Position numbers and translations under genes: made by a program
Notes under the pieces: generated by a model
What the model was told of the DNA's origin: nothing
Databases searched by the model: none
The model's input: the letters and a program-made list of their open reading frames with translations, nothing else
Assembly: GCA_018260615.1 (NCBI GenBank)
Contig: JAGWDQ010000126.1
Span: 1-11,710 of the forward strand
Direction: 5' to 3'
DNA length: 11,710 nt
Source: Candidatus Altarchaeum sp.
Lineage (GTDB): Archaea; Altiarchaeota; Altiarchaeia; Altiarchaeales; Altiarchaeaceae
Shown here: positions 5,770 through 11,710 of the stretch, one piece after another
How the letters are laid out: each line of letters opens with the position of its first letter
How positions within the stretch are numbered: the first letter of the stretch is position 1

Positions 5770-7311
5770 CTAATGCGGACTTTTGCTATGAACCTTGATT
5801 ATCATCTCGGCAGTAGTCCTTCCTGATAAGGCAACTGTTATAGTTCCGCCTCCTGATGTTGTCCAATGACCGGCCAAATACAAATTTTTAACAGGCGTCT
5901 CGGGTTGCAACCTACTCGTGCCGCTTTGATCCGGAGTTGAAGCCCAGCCATACGCTGCTCCTTCAGAGTTCTGAGTATATCGTTCCAAAGTTAAAGGAGT
6001 CGCTGCATCACTCAGGATAATGTGCTTTGACAATTCGGGTATAACTCTTTCGGCTGTTTTGATTAGTTGATGCATTTTTTCATCTTTTAGTTTTTTATAC
6101 GAACTTCCTTTTTTGCCATTTTCTGTTCCCCAATTTTCATTATAAGTATATGGAACCGGATAGATTAGTCCGATGATGTGCTTGTTATCAGGAGCTAAAG
6201 TAGTGTCATTCAATGTAGGTATATTAATTCCGCAGCCAAGCTCAAATTTACCTTGAAGGCATGAATCATATATATGGTCAGTATCATAGGAAGGATAACA
6301 AAATATCTCATACTCATTGATTCCCTTATCTCTTGGATTCATATCAACGCCTAACCACACCTGAAAAAAAGAGACAGATGGTCCCATTTGATTTAAACTA
6401 TTCAAGAACTTACTGTTCAGTTTCCCCGGTTCTATCATCTTCAAAAAGGTCTGTCTTGCATCAGCATTAGAGACAACATATTTTGCATTTATTTTATCCC
6501 CTTTTGCTGTTTCCACTCCCATCGCCTTGTTATTCTCTATGAGGATTTTTGTAACCTTATTGCCCAACTGAAGTTCTCCGCCATATTTTTTCAGTGCTTT
6601 TGCTAGTATGTTAGCTAAAACCTGACTCCCGCCTTTTGGATAATAGTGACCTTCGAAGTGAGCACTATAAAGATAACCAGCCATTTGCGTAGCCGAGACC
6701 TTAGAAGGAGGCAATCCAACATAAGGCCATCCGGAGGAGATTATGGATCTTAATTTATCATCTTCGATGAAATCTGCCAGCATTTCTGCAAAAGTTTTCT
6801 TGTAATACTTAAAAATCAGTGGAAATTTCAACGGAACAAATATTTTGTCCCATATAAGTAAAGGATTTGGTAGTTTTTCTGCCTCTTCTTTCAACCCCTT
6901 TATTGTATTGAATAGTTTAGAAATCCCTTTTTCTTCTTTTGGAAACTTCTTTGAGAGCATTGAGATATATTCATTTAAATCCGCAGGAATTGAAAATGAT
7001 TCATCACCGAAGAAAACCCTATAAAGAGGATCAATTTTGTGCAGTTCAATTTCTTTTTCAACCTCTAACTCTTTGAGAATTTGATAGAATCTGCCTCTTT
7101 CTCCCAGACCTTCTGAAAAGTGCACAGCAGCATCAAAGATAAATCCGTTTCTCTTAAAAGATGTGCAATATCCGCCCGGAATAGAATGCTGTTCAATGAC
7201 TAAAGTTTTAAGTCCGCTCTTAGCAAGGATGGCTCCGCATGTAAGACCTCCAAGACCCGCTCCAATTATTACGACATCATATTTTTTCACCTCGTTTTCT
7301 TCCATAACCAT
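5770..7311 (-). CDS. FAD-dependent oxidoreductase, phytoene desaturase/retinol saturase superfamily (COG1233)
   Basis: 513 aa; Rossmann motif VVIIGAGLGGL..LVIEQHSIPGGYCTSFKRNGFIFD, YYPKGGSQ, ATPLTLERYT and NLYLAGHW. Confidence 0.9.
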   Translation of the reverse strand: MVMEENEVKKYDVVIIGAGLGGLTCGAILAKSGLKTLVIEQHSIPGGYCTSFKRNGFIFDAAVHFSEGLGERGRFYQILKELEVEKEIELHKIDPLYRVFFGDESFSIPADLNEYISMLSKKFPKEEKGISKLFNTIKGLKEEAEKLPNPLLIWDKIFVPLKFPLIFKYYKKTFAEMLADFIEDDKLRSIISSGWPYVGLPPSKVSATQMAGYLYSAHFEGHYYPKGGSQVLANILAKALKKYGGELQLGNKVTKILIENNKAMGVETAKGDKINAKYVVSNADARQTFLKMIEPGKLNSKFLNSLNQMGPSVSFFQVWLGVDMNPRDKGINEYEIFCYPSYDTDHIYDSCLQGKFELGCGINIPTLNDTTLAPDNKHIIGLIYPVPYTYNENWGTENGKKGSSYKKLKDEKMHQLIKTAERVIPELSKHIILSDAATPLTLERYTQNSEGAAYGWASTPDQSGTSRLQPETPVKNLYLAGHWTTSGGGTITVALSGRTTAEMIIKVHSKSPH

Positions 7312-7427
7312 TTTAAAAAACTTGTAAATAAATATAAATATGAATATAAATACAAACTTTCATAAAATAATTTAATTACCTCCCAAGTTTCCCGCTCACC
7401 TGTAAAAGTTTGGGCATAATTTTTGTT

Positions 7428-7470
7428 TTTACGAGTAATTAATTTTTCAAATTTTAAAATTACCCGTGAA
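7428..7470. repeat. Imperfect inverted repeat, 13-bp arms (11/13) with 17-bp spacer
   Basis: TTTACGAGTAATT (7428-7440) versus AATTACCCGTGAA (7458-7470, reverse complement TTCACGGGTAATT). Confidence 0.6.
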
Positions 7471-7618
7471 TTTTTTATCGTACAGGAAAGTTCGTTTTAT
7501 TGTTCTCTAATCTCGCTGTTGCTCGGATATTTTCAAAAACTCCGCGTTTTGAAAATCGCACCAAGACACGGAGACACAAAGGGCAATGTTGCTCTGTGAC
7601 TTTGTGGCTTTGTGTGAG
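7469..7618. repeat. Dispersed repeat copy 1 (with a 50-bp internal insert relative to copy 2)
   Basis: 7469-7508 equals 9227-9266 (40/40); 7559-7618 matches 9269-9328 (59/60); 7509-7558 stands where copy 2 has CA. Confidence 0.95.
7529..7556. repeat. Hairpin inside the 50-bp insert
   Basis: ATTTTCAAAAAC-TCCGC-GTTTTGAAAAT: an 11-bp stem with one bulged A and a 5-nt loop. Confidence 0.85.
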
Positions 7619-7736
7619 TATTCTTCTGATTTTTTTAATAGTGGGAAATATGGGTTACCTACAAGAAAATAAAAATATATTTTTGGGATTTATAAGGAAA
7701 TTAACGAAGTCGTGTTAAGTGAAGGATTTTACTTAT

Positions 7737-8351
7737 TTATTTTATCGGTTGCCTTATTATTGTTTTTAATTTTTCCGGTGCTGTTTTACGGGGGTCACTC
7801 AAATAAATCTCGTGATGTTTCCCTGAAAATTTATATCCCTTTTCTTTAATAAAAGCGTGAATTTTTTCAATAGTTGTATGTTCCGCATCATAATGCCCCA
7901 CATACAATATTTGGGCAGATAACCCTTCATGCAGGTTTTCAAGCCGTATTTTAGAAAGGAATGGTAAATTTTTCTTCTTTTTAACTTCTTCAAGTGCTTT
8001 GCCGAATATATCTTTTGTTACATATTCCGGCTGCATAATCATCAGCGTCCATTTCCATCTGTCCTTATCCATGCCTTCAAGACCAAATGATGCCATATCA
8101 TCAGCCCACCAAAGTCCTTCAAGAGGCATGACAACATAGTCAACTGAATTTTCTTTTTTGAGCATAAATTTAATAGTATAAGACACGGCATACAATGTTT
8201 CTATTGCATCTTTAAACTCCTGAGATGTGTTTGGATTTCCTGCACCGTCAATCATGAGAAAATTCATCTGTGGGACATCAACAATTACAACCTCTTTTGC
8301 AGAAGAATTATACAGGTCTTTGAGTTCCTTTTTGAAATCAGTTTTTTCCAT
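7737..8351 (-). CDS. GyrI-like small-molecule-binding domain protein (COG4832-type)
   Basis: From MEKTDFKKELKDLY (ATG 8351, preferred over 8396, which overlaps the GNAT gene): FLMIDGAGNPN, VVMPLEGLWW, WKWTLMIMQP, HHEIYLSDPRKTAPEKLKTIIRQP. Confidence 0.9.
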   Translation of the reverse strand: MEKTDFKKELKDLYNSSAKEVVIVDVPQMNFLMIDGAGNPNTSQEFKDAIETLYAVSYTIKFMLKKENSVDYVVMPLEGLWWADDMASFGLEGMDKDRWKWTLMIMQPEYVTKDIFGKALEEVKKKKNLPFLSKIRLENLHEGLSAQILYVGHYDAEHTTIEKIHAFIKEKGYKFSGKHHEIYLSDPRKTAPEKLKTIIRQPIK

Positions 8352-8370
8352 TTTAAAAATTTGTAAATAA

Positions 8371-8796
8371 TTATGGGTTAATGATATATTTAACAAAATA
8401 AACTATTGAATTCGCAGTTGTTTCAGGTATAAACCCGTTATCTGTAAAAAATTTTATCGCATTTAAATTTTTATCTGAAACCCTTGCCGTGCATGTCCTA
8501 ACATTGTTTTCTTCTGCAAAATTTAATAAGTATTGTAAAAGGGCAGTTCCAATGTGCCGGTTTAAAAATTTTCTGTCAACAGCTATTGGGCCGATTTCTG
8601 TCGATGCGTCAGGATAAAAATAAATTCCGCAAAAACCCTTAATGATTTTATCGTCCCAGACAAAAATTTTAAAATTTTTATCCTCTAATGAATAAAGTAA
8701 GAACAATTCATCTATCGGAAATTCAAAATTTTGCAGATAGGAATTATAAATTTCTACAATTGTTTTTAAATCATCATGTCTTGCTTCTCTTATCAT
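8371..8796 (-). CDS. GNAT family N-acetyltransferase
   Basis: 141 aa; MIREARHDDL..I..IY start, EIGPIAVDRKFLNRHIGTALL (motif A) and NLNAIKFFTDNGF (motif B). Confidence 0.88.
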   Translation of the reverse strand: MIREARHDDLKTIVEIYNSYLQNFEFPIDELFLLYSLEDKNFKIFVWDDKIIKGFCGIYFYPDASTEIGPIAVDRKFLNRHIGTALLQYLLNFAEENNVRTCTARVSDKNLNAIKFFTDNGFIPETTANSIVYFVKYIINP

Positions 8797-9221
8797 TTTT
8801 TTAGGAATTTTAATGCATCTTCAATGATACTTATGTGGTCAAATGCCAGTTGCTCGTGTAAAATTTCGCTTATTTTGAAAAATTTTGCATTTTTCGCATC
8901 ATCGCCTGCTAATGGATTTGAATTTTCCAGCGGGACGCACAAAAATGCCGCCGTTATAGTGTGTCCTCTCGGGTCTCTGTCCGGTTTTGAATACACGCCG
9001 ATTAATTTCACGACTTTAACATCTAAATTTGTTTCCTCTTTTGCTTCTCTGATACATGCATCTTCAACTGATTCTCCGTATTCTACAAAGCCGCCGGGAA
9101 GTGCAAAATTTCCCTGAAACGGAGGATTTTTGCGTTGGATTAGCAAAATTTCGTATTCATCATCAGTCCTTCCTTTTCTCCAAATAACTGCGTCGGCAGT
9201 ATTCTTTATGTGCTTTTCCAT
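8793..9221 (-). CDS. NUDIX hydrolase (COG1051, ADP-ribose pyrophosphatase-like)
   Basis: 142 aa; LPGGFVEYGESVEDACIREAKEETNL Nudix box, YSKPDRDPRGH and LAFDH; its stop overlaps the GNAT start (ATGA). Confidence 0.93.
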   Translation of the reverse strand: MEKHIKNTADAVIWRKGRTDDEYEILLIQRKNPPFQGNFALPGGFVEYGESVEDACIREAKEETNLDVKVVKLIGVYSKPDRDPRGHTITAAFLCVPLENSNPLAGDDAKNAKFFKISEILHEQLAFDHISIIEDALKFLKK

Positions 9222-9226
9222 TTTGA

Positions 9227-9328
9227 AATTTTTTATCGTACAGGAAAGTTCGTTTTATTGTTCTCTCACACCAAGACACGGAGACACAAAGGGCAATGTT
9301 GCTCTGTGACTTTGTGACTTTGTGTGAG
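9227..9328. repeat. Dispersed repeat copy 2 (102 bp): 40-bp unique arm plus a 64-bp imperfect hairpin built from 8-bp units
   Basis: Matches copy 1. 9265-9328 is CTCACAC CAAGACAC GGAGACAC AAAGGGCAATGTTGCTCT GTGACTTT GTGACTTT GTGTGAG. It ends 5 bp upstream of the NUDIX ATG. Confidence 0.95.
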
Positions 9329-9438
9329 CATTTTTTATGAAAAAGTTTCACTAATCAAAACTTACTTTTAATTTTGCAATTTTCATAAGAATTAGCAATG
9401 CCTGAATAAATATTGAAACTATAATTTTTAATGTGATT

Positions 9439-9521
9439 GCAATATATTAGAAACTTATGTTTCAATGAAATCATAACATATTAGAAACATAATTTTCAAT
9501 GAAATCCCAATATATTAGAAA
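9439..9521. repeat. 34-bp-period tandem repeat (2.4 units) abutting the ATPase start codon; candidate operator array
   Basis: ATATTAGAAA at 9444, 9478 and 9512; TTTCAATGAAATC at 9460 and 9494; units 1 and 2 are 28/34 identical. Confidence 0.9.
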
Positions 9522-11009
9522 ATGGCAGACAAAATAAAAACAGAGGAATTTTATCGGTTGTGGATATCCGAAACTGATAATTTGCTTGAAGGATACTTGT
9601 ACAATGAAGAAAGAAAACTATATTCAACGAGGGATAAATTTTTCTATTATTGTTCTCTTTTGGAGCGGTTTTTGAATAATCAGATAGATGAGGTAGAAAA
9701 GATTCGTCTCTTATCCGGAATAAGAGGAGTTGGAAAAACAACGCTATTATCCCAGATTTTTTATGCTTCAAAATTTATTCGGGAATCCCAAAAACAAAAT
9801 TATCCGAAAATAATTGAGGGAAATTACAAAAAAATATATATGGAGGCAAGTATTTTGTCAGGTAAGGGAATTAAACTAGGTGAATTTTTTGATTTTTATC
9901 AGGAAATAAACAACTTTCGTTTTGTGAATTTAAAGGAAAAACTGCTAATACTTTTAGACGAGGTTCATTATGATAAAGAATGGGGATTGTTTTTGAAAAA
10001 TCTTTTTGATGTTACAAAGGGACACAACAACATTTTAGTAATTGCAACAGGATCATCTGCTTTAAAACTGAAGATTAATCCCGATTTATCCAGAAGATCA
10101 CTTTTAGATGAAATTTATCCGCTGAAATTTAATGAATATGCTCTTTTAAAATTTAATGGGTCTCCTTTAAATTTTTCTGCCCAGCTCGTTAATACCATCC
10201 TGCTCAGTAAAAATGCGAATGAATTGTATGAGTCCTTTCAGAAAGTCATTCCAAAAATTAATACCTGTTTTTCAAATTTACCTCCGAAAACAGAGGAAGA
10301 ATTTTTCTATTACGGAGGATTTCCTTTTATTTTAAAGGTCAGAGATAAGTCATTGACATATCAGTTAATTGATAATGTAATTGACAAATTAATCATCAAT
10401 GATATTTTAGAAATTGAAAATTTTAGATCCCAAACTATATCCAATATCAAAAATGTTTTAAATTTAATATCTGTTTCGGAAACAACTAATCTTAACACTT
10501 TATCTGCTATCCTCAATCTTAATCATATATCTTTGAGGAATATAATTGATGCATTAGTTCAAAGCGGTATTTTAGTAGAAATAAGAAGTTACGGGGAGGG
10601 ATTCGGAAAAGTAAGAAAACCAATAAAATTTTTATTTATTACGCCCTCTTTGAGAGTGGGAATTTTAAAAGGAATTCTGCCTTCGGGAGTTAAGGGAAAA
10701 ATTTTGGAAGATTATTTAGCGCTGGTTTTTGTTCGCGATTTTTTAAAGCATAAATTGTTCAGAAAAATTGACTTGATGTATGATTCATCTTCCGGCGGGG
10801 CGGATTTTATATTAAAAGCGGATGACAAAAAAATTATCTTTGAAGTTGGTTTCGGAGACAAGAATGAAGGAATAAGGCAAATAAAGACAACCGCAAAAAA
10901 TATCAGGGGATTTGATTATGGGATAATTATTAGTGCAGGAAGCAGCAACATTGAAATTGTTGAGGATAAAATAATAAAGGTTCCGCTAAAATTATGGCTT
11001 GCTATTTAA
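9522..11009 (+). CDS. COG1373-type ATP-binding protein (AAA_14 plus DUF4143-like, with C-terminal PD-(D/E)xK-like fold)
   Basis: 495 aa; Walker A GIRGVGKTT, Walker B LILLDEVH, IATGSSAL, IYPLKFNEY, YGGFP, GKILEDY and GGADFILK..IIFEVG. Confidence 0.85.
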   Translation: MADKIKTEEFYRLWISETDNLLEGYLYNEERKLYSTRDKFFYYCSLLERFLNNQIDEVEKIRLLSGIRGVGKTTLLSQIFYASKFIRESQKQNYPKIIEGNYKKIYMEASILSGKGIKLGEFFDFYQEINNFRFVNLKEKLLILLDEVHYDKEWGLFLKNLFDVTKGHNNILVIATGSSALKLKINPDLSRRSLLDEIYPLKFNEYALLKFNGSPLNFSAQLVNTILLSKNANELYESFQKVIPKINTCFSNLPPKTEEEFFYYGGFPFILKVRDKSLTYQLIDNVIDKLIINDILEIENFRSQTISNIKNVLNLISVSETTNLNTLSAILNLNHISLRNIIDALVQSGILVEIRSYGEGFGKVRKPIKFLFITPSLRVGILKGILPSGVKGKILEDYLALVFVRDFLKHKLFRKIDLMYDSSSGGADFILKADDKKIIFEVGFGDKNEGIRQIKTTAKNIRGFDYGIIISAGSSNIEIVEDKIIKVPLKLWLAI

Positions 11010-11033
11010 ATTTTAAGAATTTAAATTTTAAGA
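11004..11033. repeat. Perfect 15-bp tandem duplication spanning the ATPase stop codon
   Basis: ATTTAAATTTTAAGA at 11004-11018 and 11019-11033. Confidence 0.85.
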
Positions 11034-11048
11034 CACAAACTAAATAAA

Positions 11049-11710
11049 TTAAATTTCCACAATAATCTTTTCTGCTAATTCCCTAACACTTTCATAAAAT
11101 TTTCCCTCCGAAACCAAAGTTCCTTTAATAGTTGCATCTCTTACCTCTTCACTTGCCGGAATTGTGTGAAACAATTTTAAATTTAAATTTTCCGAAAGAT
11201 ACTCCTCTTCCTCTTTATTCCTTATTTTATTCCCTATAACATCCGCCTTTATTTTCAACTCGTTTGCAAATTTAATTATGTCTTTTGTAACGGAAACAGA
11301 GCCATAGCCGGGTTCGCAAATTACAAAAATTTGAGTAACGCCTTTAACCGTGCCTCTGCTCATTATTTCAAGACCCGCTTCCATATCAATGACTGAAATT
11401 TCATTTCGCTTTAATACAATTTCCATCAGCATTGCTCTGAGTATGGAATTTTCGGGACATAAGCAGCCCATTCCCGCTTTTTCAACGCCGCCGATTGCAA
11501 GCAGATATAACTTTTCTGAAATTTTGACGGAAAATTTATCAGTTAAGTCCGAGACACGGGGCTTTAAATTTACTAATCCGTTTTCTAATCGCGCTCTGCC
11601 TTCAACCACATCTTTTATTTTGTTTACCGGAGTTATATTTTCATATCCGAGAAGTGTGGATAAATTTTTTGTCGCATCTGCGTCTATGAGTAAAATTTTG
11701 CCAACGGCAT
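11049..11710 (-). CDS. cooC: CO dehydrogenase/acetyl-CoA synthase nickel-insertion ATPase CooC/AcsF; 5'-partial
   Basis: The frame stays open upstream of the listed GTG (11609) to the window edge: AVGKILLIDADATKNLSTLLG..; GCLCPE metal-binding motif, VIDMEAGLE..SRGT and VIGNK. Walker A lies outside the window. Confidence 0.9.
   Translation of the reverse strand, partial: AVGKILLIDADATKNLSTLLGYENITPVNKIKDVVEGRARLENGLVNLKPRVSDLTDKFSVKISEKLYLLAIGGVEKAGMGCLCPENSILRAMLMEIVLKRNEISVIDMEAGLEIMSRGTVKGVTQIFVICEPGYGSVSVTKDIIKFANELKIKADVIGNKIRNKEEEEYLSENLNLKLFHTIPASEEVRDATIKGTLVSEGKFYESVRELAEKIIVEI

Noticed and set aside
5722-5790. Possible IS-end remnant (AAAAGTCCGCATTAG on the minus strand) at the oxidoreductase 3' end
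   Set aside because: Short resemblance only; no partner inverted repeat, transposase or target duplication.
7382-7414. CCCAAGTTT..AAGTTTGGG inverted repeat, and a similar CAAACTTTTGGTAAAATTG near 4876
   Set aside because: Only 7/9 matching; it could be a decayed repeat but is not distinguishable from chance.
7500-7718. 72-aa plus-strand ORF
   Set aside because: Runs through the non-coding repeat mosaic, begins with TTG and has no protein-like features.
7469-9328. Integron cassette array with attC sites
   Set aside because: I find no RYYYAAC/GTTRRRY core pair in the repeats, there is one repeat per three genes rather than per gene, and no integrase is present.
9163-9351. 62-aa minus-strand ORF containing HKVTKSQ
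   Set aside because: Translation of the 8-bp-unit repeat; overlaps NUDIX out of frame.
9439-9521. CRISPR mini-array (GTTTCAAT and GAAAC resemble CRISPR repeat ends)
   Set aside because: Units are contiguous with no unique spacers, and no cas genes are in the window.
7799-9771. ORFs 7799-7993, 8776-9117 and 9496-9771
   Set aside because: Alternate-frame or antisense overlaps of the GyrI-like, NUDIX and ATPase genes.
1-11710. tRNA, rRNA or transposase genes
   Set aside because: No cloverleaf, rRNA-like segment or transposase motif was seen on either strand.

Overview
AT-rich (roughly 30-35% GC by eye), gene-dense window that reads as archaeal: very many N-x-S/T sequons in exported proteins, ATGA stop/start overlaps, a COG2512-type membrane-tethered wHTH protein and a CooC nickel-insertion ATPase. 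My unverified guess is Ca. Altiarchaeum or a relative. The left half (1-4855, minus strand) holds an overlapping-gene operon (433-aa exported coiled-coil/beta protein, two tandem-duplicated small membrane proteins, Ig-like/TM/wHTH regulator), followed by a large DUF11-repeat glycoprotein that the ORF track missed because it runs off the left edge. The right half holds nif3/ybgI, a COG1233 FAD oxidoreductase, a NUDIX-GNAT-GyrI block bracketed by two near-identical ~100-bp repeats, a COG1373-type AAA_14/DUF4143 ATPase preceded by a 34-bp tandem repeat, and a partial cooC. Most notable: (i) a tandem duplication whose junction creates an in-frame 40-codon chimeric ORF that recreates both gene overlaps, with identical flanks but strongly non-synonymous divergence of the duplicated gene; (ii) the possible transmembrane signalling/envelope operon; (iii) the repeat-bracketed three-gene block with a nested 50-bp insert; (iv) the operator-like array before the ATPase. 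All alignments and counts were done by hand; no database searches were run.
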